From Mustelus asterias (lineage: Eukaryota), in the NCBI RefSeq assembly GCF_964213995.1, contig NC_135808.1:35650001-35714000 (forward strand): DNA of 64,000 bases. The letters run 5' to 3'. This document shows, piece by piece, positions 51,274-61,179 of this stretch. Position 1 is the first letter of the stretch, and the number at the start of each line of letters is the position of its first letter. The notes beneath the pieces were generated by a model that saw only the letters and a list, made by a program, of their open reading frames with translations, was not told the DNA's origin and made no database searches. The position numbers were made by a program, and so were the translations under genes.

Positions 51274-51846
51274 TTTTTTTAAATTCCAATTCAATCAAAT
51301 CAAGTCCAATTCAGACTCTCAACAAGTTGCGACATTCCCGATCCAAGCTGACAAGACAGGGCTCTCACCTCCTGTCTTGGGCTTGATCTACATGATCCAA
51401 GCTGATTAGAATAGGAATAGCTCCTCCTCCAAGGCTTGATCTAATTTGCATCTTAGCCAAAAGGCCGAAATGCCACTTTTAAAAATTGCTTCAAATGAAG
51501 CCAAAATGTAACCGAATGACTTCACCAAGCACAGCATGTCGACAGCCTTTTGGCTAAGATCAAGTGTAGTATCGACATGCTGTGCTTGGTTGAAGTCATT
51601 CGGTTACATCTTAGCTTCATTTGAAGCAATTTTTAAAAGCGGCATCTCGGCCTTTTGGCTAAGATGCAAATGAGATCAAGCCTTGGAGGAGGTGCAATGC
51701 CTACTCCAATCAGCTTGGATCGTGTAGATCAGGCCCACGACAGGAGGTGAGAGCCCTGTCTTGTCAGCTTGGATCGGGAATATCTCAACTTGTTGAGACT
51801 CTGAATTGGACTTGATTTGATTGAATTGGAATAAAAACAAAAAAAA
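51274..51846. repeat. Fold-back of two ~270-bp A-tailed retro-element ends around a U2 snRNA fragment
   Basis: Arms ~51274-51542 and 51572-51846 are imperfect reverse complements with outward A/T-rich tails. Confidence 0.85.
51545..51573 (+). ncRNA. U2 snRNA fragment (nt 12-40), not a full gene
   Basis: GCCTTTTGGCTAAGATCAAGTGTAGTATC is identical to the conserved vertebrate U2 5' region and includes the branch-point recognition sequence GTAGTA. Confidence 0.9.
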
Positions 51847-51920
51847 GAGTAGAGTAGAGTGGACTTTTTCCTCTTCAGTTGTATACAGAGAATCTCCAGC
51901 AATGGTGAATCTTCCCACCG

Positions 51921-52390
51921 GAAGAGTTTTAACAACACCAGGTTAAAGTCCAACAGGTTTATTTGGTAGCAAATGCCATTAGCTTTTGGAGCGCTGCTCC
52001 TTCGTCAGATGGAGTGGATATCTGCTCTCAAACAGGGCACAGAGACACAAAATCAAGTTACAGAATACTGGTTAGAATGCGAATCTCGACAACCAACCAG
52101 GTCTTAAAGATACAATGTGAGTGGAAGAGGAGAACTATGTGTTCCACTCACATTGTCTGTATCTTTAAGACTTGGTTGGCTGTAGAGATTCACATCCTAA
52201 TCAGTATTCTGTAACTTGATTTTGTGTCTCTGTGCCCTGTTTGAGAGCAGATTTCCACTCCATCTGACGAAGGAGCAGCGCTCCGAAAGCTAATGGCATT
52301 TGCTACCAAATAAACCTGTTGGACTTTAACCTGGTGTTGTTAAAACTCTTACTGTGTTTACCCCAGTCCAACGCCGGCATCTCCACATCA
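51921..52390. mobile_element. Penelope-derived fold-back element with hammerhead motifs (52260-52296 plus, intact; 51976-52012 minus, core mutated)
   Basis: ~200-bp inverted arms; 14-bp TSD GAATCTTCCCACCG (51907-51920 / 52391-52404). Confidence 0.9.
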
Positions 52391-52399
52391 GAATCTTCC

Positions 52400-52915
52400 C
52401 ACCGCCATCGCTCTGGTTCCTACCAAGGGTCAATCTCTGCTTTTCAATTCGATTCAGCCGCTCGGGGCTCGCGCTTCCTCACATTCCAACTCCCGAACGC
52501 TGGGAGACAACCGCCGCTGCGCGCGGCAGAACTACAACTCCCATCAGGCACCGCGGGCTGGCTCTCTCTCTCTCTCCCTGATTCCATAGTGCCGCTCCTC
52601 ACTGCGCAAGCCCGGGAAATAAAAGGCTTTTGCGACCAAAGAACCCTGTTGGACTTTAACCTGGTGTTGTTGAATTTCTTACTGTGTTTACCCCAGTCCA
52701 ACACCGGCATCTCTACATCAAGCCCGGGACCACAATGCAGCATGGGTGATGTTGTTCCGACCGGGTGAGAGTCTGCCTGGAAAGCGGCTGCGCAGAACTG
52801 GGCGGAGCGCAGGATCTCATGTGACTGGCCCCCAGGAATGATTGGCATGTCCCCTGTGGGCGGGACTATTCTCGCTGCACAAGTGGCTGTGAGAGCCGTC
52901 AATCAGAGCGCTGAG
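52400..52915. promoter_or_regulatory. CpG island / probable bidirectional promoter of ZNF-D and ZNF-E
   Basis: Most CpG-dense non-TE stretch in the window; ZNF143(Staf)/THAP11-type motif ACTACAACTCCCATCAGGCACCGCG (52531-52555), a degenerate inverted copy (52731-52755), GC boxes, CCAAT (ATTGG) and E-box CATGTG. Confidence 0.7.
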
Positions 52916-53289
52916 CTGTTTGATTGGAGCTGTGTGTTGGGTATTGAGTGTGTTTATTGGAAGCATTTCCCTTCTGATTTACAGGCTGAGTTTTGTTGAT
53001 GGTTCATTACTGAATATGAGAAGGTGAGGTGTAATTATCTGGAAGGGGCAGAGACACATTTATTGAAATGTTTTTTAATGTCTTCTTTAAAGATTTTACC
53101 TGAAGGCCTCGGCTTTTCCCAAAAGCCTGGGCTTGGATTTGATACTTTTGCCCAGTGCTGTGTCTGATAGCTGAATTTGGGATGTGCAGTCTGAGTGAGT
53201 GCAGTGTATCTAATTTCCCAGGATAAACCAGAATCCTTCAATCAGCTGCACTGAAGCAATATTTTCCTTAGCTTCTAGCATTTCTCGCC

Positions 53290-54190
53290 TAGTTTATTTT
53301 AGTTGTGCAGTAATCACCAAGCCAGTTAATAGTTTCCGCAGTGGTTAAATGGAGCTTTCTGAGCCTTTGGCTGAATTTTGTCAGGGGGCAGTCTTCAGTG
53401 ATGTGGGTCATTGATTGGGGTGCACCACAGCTGTCCTGGTCCCCTGCAAGGGCCCATTTGTGCTGATTTGCTGCTCAAAGGCCTTGGTCTGGTAGAAACG
53501 GTTGCGGAGTGCCCAATGTTGGCGTGGCAGATTGAAATTCTGGGTGGGTGGACTGAGGCATATGTGATGAATTTTTAATCGTGGCCTGTTGGTTCCATTT
53601 CTGCTGCCATAGGGTTTCTGCTGTTATTCCTTGGCACTGTGGTCTTAGCCATACAGAATTGAGAGATGTGGGACAAGCAGCAGGTGGTTTGATAACATCC
53701 TTGTGCAGTGGCAGGCTGATGTTGATGTAGACCTTCTGCTGGAGCTTTCGTGTTGCACCCTCCCTCCTTGTAAGGGGTGGGATGTTGCTCAGTACAGGGA
53801 GTGAGGGGAGGTGATTAGAGGGTACCTGAGATGATACACATTTTTGTGTTGAGCTGAGTATCTACGAGACTGGTGTGAGATGAGTTGCATCAAACTGGTG
53901 CACAGTACTCTGCAGTCGAGTAGACTGTGAAAAGAGCTGATGTCCTTAACGTTTGAACATCTACACTCTATGAAGAACCAGCGAGTTTGTCAAGGAGGTT
54001 GTTTCACGTTTTGATTTTTGCTGGAGTCTTGCTCAGATATTTTTTGTCTGTAAGTGTTCAGTCAAGGGAAACACCAATATAAACGGGATGTTGTTGGTGG
54101 TTCAGTCTCTTACCATTCAAGGAGATGTTGAATTTCCTCTTGGGGCTGGCATTGTGGAGGTGGAATATACCTGAATCTGTCTTGTTGCTG
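53290..54190 (-). mobile_element. Ingi/Vingi-like (I-group) LINE 3' fragment
   Basis: Minus strand YIGVSLD*TLT..NNLLDKLAGSS*..LRTSAL..YSTAEYCAPV, LPVLSNIPP, CGAPQSMTHITEDCP. Confidence 0.7.
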
Positions 54191-54287
54191 CTTTTCCTGT
54201 CCAGTGTTTTTTCTTCAAATAAATTTGGAAAACCAGGGGAGAAATTTCAAATTTTCAATTGAATTAACATTTCTCCTGACATCCAGG

Positions 54288-54629
54288 AGATCATAGAAAC
54301 CCTACAGTACAGAAAGAGGCCATTCGGCCCATCGAGTCTGCACCGACCACAATCCCACCCAGACCCTACCCCCATATCCCTACATATTTACCCACCAATC
54401 CCTCTAACCTACACATCCTAGGACACTATGGGCAATTTTAGCATGGCCAATCAACCTAACCCGCACATCTTTGGACTGTGGGAGGAAACCGGAGCACCCG
54501 GAGGAAACCCACGCAGACACGAGGAGAACGTGCAAACTCCACGCACACAGTGACCCAAGCCAGGAATCGAACCCAGGTCCCTGGAGCTGTGAAGCAGCAG
54601 TGCTAACCACTGTGCTACCGTGCCGCCCC
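54288..54629 (-). mobile_element. HE1-like V-SINE
   Basis: Complete, little-diverged head, core and tail. Confidence 0.92.
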
Positions 54630-55378
54630 CTCCAAGGGTAAAACTGCTCTTTGCCAGTATTGCTGCCGCTCATAGTGAATGGATAGCCTGTTTTACACTC
54701 CGCTGACTGTCTTTTCTATTGACCTCACAGTGCCCGGGAAGATGGGGTTTTGGGTGGAGGAAAGAAAGTAGCCATGTTTTCTGCTCCTGGTCACTGTCAA
54801 GTGTCCTTGCTGGAAACAGAGGGTGAGTGACAGTTACGTGAGGAAAAAGAAAGGATTTGTATCTGATCCCCCACACAAGGGAATACTGACATAGTGGAAT
54901 CATCTACAACGGAGGTGTCAGACCTTTCAGTAAAGGAAACACGGGAGTTGGAGGAAATCATGTTTCCTTTCCTGTTTTACAGAAGGATTTCACTCTACTG
55001 CACGAGAGAATACAAAGAGGATAGACACTGCAGATAAATCCTGACCATCGCCCAGTGAACAACTGCACAACTGAGAAGATATCCAGTCCCTTCACTGCAT
55101 TGCTCAACACAGAGAAGGTTGGGCAGTGAAACCATCATCTGGAAATCCATCAGAACAAATCTTTCAGAAGGTTCAGCTGTGGGTGATCAGTCAGGGTGAG
55201 GTTGGGAAGAATTGGCCTCCAAGTGTGCTGAGAAGTTCAATCATTCATCAAGCCTCATGAACCACTGACTCATTCAGATGAGAGGCTATCCAAGTGTGTG
55301 GACTTCTCCACAGGATCATGCAATCTCCTAACACACAAGGTGTACATGTTGCATAACTGGCAACACAAAGACAGCCAC

Positions 55379-56230
55379 ATGGAAGACAAACCATTCAAGT
55401 GCGAAGTGTGTGACAGAGCTTTCACACAGTCATCGACGCTTGTGAATCACCGACGCATTCACACTGGGGAAAAACCATTTAAATGTGAGGTGTGTAACAA
55501 GGATTTTACACAGTTATCAGGTCTGGTGAATCACCAGCCCATTCACACAGGAGAGAAGCCATTCACCTGTGAGGTGTGCAACAAATCATTCTCGCAGTCA
55601 TCGACCCTCCTCGTGCACCAACGCATTCACACAGGCGAGAAACCATTCCGGTGCAAAGTGTGTATGAAATCATTCTCACGATCATCGCACTTGCGCAGAC
55701 ATGAACGCACTCACACTGGAGAGAAACCATTTACATGTGAGGTGTGTGATAAACCATTCTCATCATCATCAGATCTCCACAGGCACCAACGTATTCACAC
55801 AGGGGAGAAACGATACACATGTGAGGTGTGTAACAAATCATTCTTATCATCATCGGATCTCCGCACACACCAACGCATTCACACAGGGGAGAAGCCGTTC
55901 ACATGCGAGGTGTGTGAGAAATCATTCTCTGACTCATCAAATCTCCGCATACACCAACGCATTCACACAGGGGAGAAACCATTCAAGTGCAATGTGTGTG
56001 TGAAATCATTCTCTGACTCGTCAAGACTCCTGCTCCATCAGAGAATTCACACAGGGGAGAAACCATTCATGTGTGAGGTGTGCAACAAATCATTCTCTGT
56101 GTCATCGAGCCTCCGTGTGCATCAACGTGTTCACACAGGGGAGAAACCATTCATGTGTGATGTGTGCAACAAATCATTCTCTCAATCATGGAACCTCCAC
56201 GTCCATCAGAGGACCCACAAAGTCAAGTAA
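55379..56230 (+). CDS. Tandem C2H2 zinc-finger protein E (10 fingers, 283 aa)
   Basis: ATG at 55379 (MEDKPF) is positionally equivalent to the starts of B and D; intact ORF. Confidence 0.9.
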   Translation: MEDKPFKCEVCDRAFTQSSTLVNHRRIHTGEKPFKCEVCNKDFTQLSGLVNHQPIHTGEKPFTCEVCNKSFSQSSTLLVHQRIHTGEKPFRCKVCMKSFSRSSHLRRHERTHTGEKPFTCEVCDKPFSSSSDLHRHQRIHTGEKRYTCEVCNKSFLSSSDLRTHQRIHTGEKPFTCEVCEKSFSDSSNLRIHQRIHTGEKPFKCNVCVKSFSDSSRLLLHQRIHTGEKPFMCEVCNKSFSVSSSLRVHQRVHTGEKPFMCDVCNKSFSQSWNLHVHQRTHKVK

Positions 56231-56882
56231 CCATTGAATGTTGAGGTTTGTGATGAACCTTTTGTGACATCTTTGACGCTCCTGGGACACTAGAAGATTC
56301 ACAGCTGCGATGTTTGTGGTTGGCCGTTACCTAGTGCTCTGGTTTTCTGAAGCAGCAGTGGGTACACATGGGTGAGAAACCATTCAGCTGTTGGGGTGTG
56401 ACAAGACTGTCTCATAGTCAGTGTATCTCCTGCTCCATCAACACAGGGGAGAAACCCCATTGGTGTGAATTCTGTGGCCCTGAATTCAGACACATGACAA
56501 ATGATTGGGAAATTCAGCGCGACACATCATTTCCACACTGCTGCCTTTGCATTTGACTGGCGACAATGAAAATTTACAAAAGACTCATTAAAAAGTCAAG
56601 TGGATCCATCACAGACTTTTAAAAATATTTCATTCACAAGATGTGGGAGTCGCTGGCTTGGCCAGAATTTATTTCACATCCCTAATCGCACTTGAGAAAG
56701 TGTTGGTAAGCTGCCGCCTTGAACCGCTACACCCATGGTGCTGTTAGGTGGGAGTTTCAGGATTTTGACCCAGTGACATGAGGGAACGGCGATATATTTA
56801 CAGGTGCTGGTGTTCTCGTGTATTAGTTGCTTTTGAGTATTGGTCATGGATTTGGAAGGTGCAATCTAAGGAACCTTGGTGA

Positions 56883-57020
56883 GTCCATACAGTGGAGTGC
56901 AGTGTGTCCATACAGTGGAGTGCAGTGTGTCCATACAGTGGAGTGCAGTGTGTCCATACAGTGGAGTGCAGTGTGTCCATACAGTGGAGTGCAGTGTGTC
57001 CATACAGTGGAGTGCAGTGT
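56883..57020. repeat. Minisatellite, 6 perfect copies of 23 bp
   Basis: (GTCCATACAGTGGAGTGCAGTGT)x6. Confidence 0.95.
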
Positions 57021-58031
57021 ATCTAATTCCCCAGGATAAACCAGAGCACTTCAATCAGCTACACTGAAGCAATATTTTTCTTGACTTCTAGCACTTCCTG
57101 CCCAGTGTGTTTTCTTCAAATAATTCTGGAAACAAGAGAAGAAATTTCAAAATCTCCATTGAATTAACATTTTTTCCTGATTGTTTTTTATATTAAACAC
57201 ATTCTCAAAGGGTAAAACTGGTCTTCGCCAGCAAGACTCGAGCTCATAGTGAATTGATAGCCCTTTTTACACTCTGCCTGACTGTCTTTTCCATTGCTCT
57301 CAGAGTACCAGGGAAGATGGCGATCTAGAAAGTAGCCATGTTGTCTGCTCCTGGTCACTATCTGGTGTTCCTGTTGAAAAAAGAGGGTATGACAGTCAAG
57401 TGAGGAACAGGAAAGGACTTTCCCTCGGGAATAGCCTTAGCTTAATAATAAACTTAAAAATAAACCTAAAAAAAAAAACAGCATCTGCTCGCAGTGGTGA
57501 ATGTCCTCTATGCAGACCACAGGAGAGAGGTGCGCAGGAGCAGTACCGTCCAGCATTGGAGCATACGCAGTGATAGTGATGCTGAGTCTCTTGTCTCTGA
57601 GTCTTGATTGGCACTCACTGTGGAACTGAGGAGTCAGCCCCTTCCACAAAGGAGGAGAGGAAATTGAAGAAAGTTAAATTTCCTTTTCCCGTTTTGCACT
57701 ACTACACTGAAGAATAGAGAGAGGATAGATACTGCAGATAGATCCTGACCATCACCCAGTGAACAATTGCACAACTGTGGGAAGACATCCAGTCCCTTCA
57801 CAGCATTGCTCAGCACAGAGAAGGTTGGGCAGTGAAACCATGATCTGGAAATCGATTGGGTCGGGGAGCTTCAGATCTGAAACTGGTTAGTGGTATGGAA
57901 CCTTCCATCAGAACCAACTTTTCTGAAGGTTTGGGTGTGAGTGCTCGGTCAGGGTGAGGCTGGGAAGAAGTGTGAATGAACACGAAGTGTGGTGAGAGCT
58001 TCAATCATTTATCGAGTCTCATGAACCACTG

Positions 58032-59092
58032 ATGGATAGAAAACTGGCTTGGCCACAGGAGACAGAGGGTAACAGTCGAAGGGTCTTTTTCCGGCTGGAG
58101 GTCTGTGACCAGTGGTGTTCCGCAGGGCTCTGTACTGGAACCTCTGCTATTTGTGATATATATATATGATTTGGAAGAAGGTATAACTGGTGTTATCAGC
58201 AAGTTTGCGGATGACACAAAGATAGCTGGACTTGCGGATAGCGATGAACATTGTCGGACAATACAGCAGGATATAGATAGGCTGGAAAATTGGGCGGAGA
58301 AATGGCAGATGGAATTTAATCCAGATAAATGCGAAGTGATGCATTTTGGAAGAACTAATGTAGGGGGAGTTATACAATAAATGGCAGAGCCATCAAGAGT
58401 ATAGAAACACAGAGGGACCTCGGTGTGCAAGTCCACAAATCCTTGAAGGTGGCAGCACAGGTGAAGAAGGCATATGGTATGCTTGCCTTTATAGGACGGG
58501 GTATAGAGTATAAAAGCTGGAGTCTGATGTTGCAGCTGTATAGAACGCTGGTTAGGCAACATTTGGAGTACTGCATCCAGTTCTGGTCGCCGCACTACCA
58601 GAAGGATGTGGAGGCTTTAGAGAGAGTGCAGAGAGGTTTACCAGGATGTTGCCTGGTATGGAGGGTCTTAGCTTTGAGGAGAGATTGGGTAAACTGAGCT
58701 TGTTCTCCCTGGAAAGACGGAGAATGAGGGGAGACCTAATAGAGGTGTCCAAAATTATGAAGGGTATAGATAGGGTGAACAGTGGGAAGCTTTTTCCCAG
58801 GTCGGAGGTGACGATCACGGGGGGTCACGGGCTCAAAGTGAGAGGGGCGAGGTATAACTCAGATATCAGAGGGATGTTTTTTACACAGAGTGGTGGGGGC
58901 CTGGAATGCGCTGACAATTAGGGTGGTGGAGGCAGACACGCTGGCATCATTTAAGACTTACCTGGATAGTCACATGAGCAGTCTGGGAATACAAGGAGGG
59001 ATACAAACGAATGGTCTAGTTGGACCAATGAGCGGCACAGGCTTGGAGGGCCGAAGGGCCTGTTTCCTGTGCTGTACTGTTCTTTGTTCTTT
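58032..59092 (+). mobile_element. CR1 3' part (same subfamily as 15730 and 36593) inserted in the ZNF-F leader
   Basis: [21 protein letters not shown] with frameshifts; TTCTTTG tail. Confidence 0.94.
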
Positions 59093-59198
59093 GACTCATT
59101 CCTACAGGTGAGAGACTGTTCAAGTGTGAGGTGGTCTCCGCAGACTCGTATGAACTTGTAACACACAAAGTGTACCTGTCATTTCAGGAGAGCAGCCA

Positions 59199-59870
59199 CA
59201 TGGAAGGGAAATAATCAAACTTTTAGATTTACTGACACATTCACACTGTGGAGAAGCCATTCAGGAGTGAGGTGTGTGACAAGTCATTCTCGCAGTCATC
59301 AAAGCTTTGTGTATATCACCACATTTACGCAGGAGAGAAACCATTCGAGTGTAAACTGCGAGACACGTCATTCTCGCAGTCATTGAACCTCTGTGAACAC
59401 CAATGTTTTCATACAGGACAGAAACAGGATGTGTAAACTACCTGCAGATCCACACTGGGGAGAAACTATTCGGGGTGAGTGTGTGACAAGACTATCACAG
59501 TCAGCCTATCGCCTGATCCATCAACACACTTGCACAGGAGAGAAACCCTATCAGTGTGAGTTCTGTAAAAGAGTTGTTGAACCTCCTGGAACATCAGTGA
59601 ACCCACGTGGGAGATGAAATATTCCAGTATGATGTGTGTTGGGATTTTTCCACCTTCTCCTCTCTTGCTAAATATCAGCATCTCTACACGGAACTGGAGC
59701 AGAGTCATCTTGCAAGGTGTGCAAATCATTCTGACTTCTGGACAGACACCAATGCATAAAACACGGGTGAAACCAGTCGTGTGACAAATCATTCTCAGGC
59801 TAATCAAACCTGCATTACACTGAGAGTTGTCTGTGTCGTTTACCCTCCAGTGCTCACACAGGGGAGCTGT
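59199..59870 (+). pseudogene. C2H2 ZNF pseudogene F
   Basis: ccacATGG start followed by a few degenerate, frameshifted fingers; upstream acceptor deleted. Confidence 0.8.
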
Positions 59871-59949
59871 CCTTCCAAAGCACTGTCTGTTTCCAACCTC
59901 TCCCACAATCAGTTCCATCGTTTCAAGAAGGCTAACTTAACCTTTGACC

Positions 59950-60205
59950 AGATCTCCAAACATCACCATGTATTAGCAGACAGTGAAAAGTATTCAGACA
60001 GAGTATACCATTCATAGAGCAGGAAACAAGAGAGTGCAGAATGTAGTGTTACAGTTATAGCTAGGGTATAGAGAAAGATCAACTTAATGCAGGGTAGGTC
60101 CATTCAAAAGTCTGATGGCAGCAGGGAAGAAGCTGTTCTTGAGTTGGTTGGTACGGGACCTCAGACGTTTGTATCTTTTTCCTGATGGAAGAAGGTAGAA
60201 GAGAG
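59950..60205 (-). mobile_element. Rex1/Babar-type LINE 3' end
   Basis: LFYLLPSGKRYKRLRSRTNQLKNSFFPAAIRLLN. Confidence 0.8.
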
Positions 60206-60207
60206 AA

Positions 60208-61179
60208 TGATTCTCAACCTTTTCCTTTATGTGGACCTTCATTGTCATCAAAAGCTTTTGCGGACCACAATGTATGCAAGCCATTTTAAAGATTTTTTTA
60301 CATAACCTATGGCTGATGGGAATCAAATGTGTGTATCAACGGGTATGAAAAATGCAGCAGTTTCTAATAGTTTATGATACACACTCTCAAATACATTGCA
60401 CCATCACAGCACATTTACCTGCAGTAGGCCTACCAGTGGAAACAGATAACACTTACCTAATGAGAAGGCCAATGTTGTTTCACAGACATCAAACACTGGA
60501 TGTCAGATTCCAGGGATGACCATCTCAATCAGAGATCTGGTTCAATGTTAAGTTTATTCTGATATTTGGCCTTCAATGCAACAAGTCTTGAAAATTCAGT
60601 TTTGTAAAGGTAGGTTGTAGGAAAAAACGTCAAACTTTACTGCCTTGTCGGACAGTTCCGGGTATTCTGAGGCAACTTTAAGCAAGGAGTAAGTCTGATA
60701 GTTCTGAGAAAAATCCAACTTTAAAGCACTGTCACAGGACAGTTCCACAAGGCTGTCTTGTTCTCTCAAGGTCAGCTTGCGAGGATGTTATCATCAAGGC
60801 TCCCAAAGGGATTTTGTATCCAGTTGAACTTTGTGTCAGGAACAGGGAAGTTCTTGCGAAGCTGTGTTTTCAAACTTTGCAGTGCTCTCTGATGTCATGT
60901 TTTACCCTGTATGGAAACTGCATGTCCTGCATGGCCAAAATATCTGACAGATTCGCAAATGAGCCACAATTTGATTTACCAATTTGTTTGGCCCACATCT
61001 CTCTTGATCATCACTTCTATTTTGCCCTGCACATAAAAAATTGTCACTAATTCTGCAATAAAATCATTGCTTACGGTTATCCGCAGATTAGGAATCGCTG
61101 TTTGACTGCTCGGGGTTGATAATTTTGCAAAAGATTTTGATGACAATCTAATGGTCCACATAAAGGTTGAGAACCACTG
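60208..61179 (-). mobile_element. Internally deleted hAT (Charlie/Buster-like) DNA transposon
   Basis: TIR CAGTGGTTCTCAACC at 61179 end, eroded copy at 60208, extended subterminal inverted repeat; minus-strand LKVASEYPELSDKAV..PTTYL..FSRLVALKAKYQNKLNIEPDL. Confidence 0.8.

Noticed and set aside
51545-51573. Functional U2 snRNA gene
   Set aside because: Only 29 nt match; the Sm site and 3' stem-loops are absent
56883-57020. CRISPR-like array
   Set aside because: Repeats are contiguous with no spacers, the context is eukaryotic and there are no cas genes
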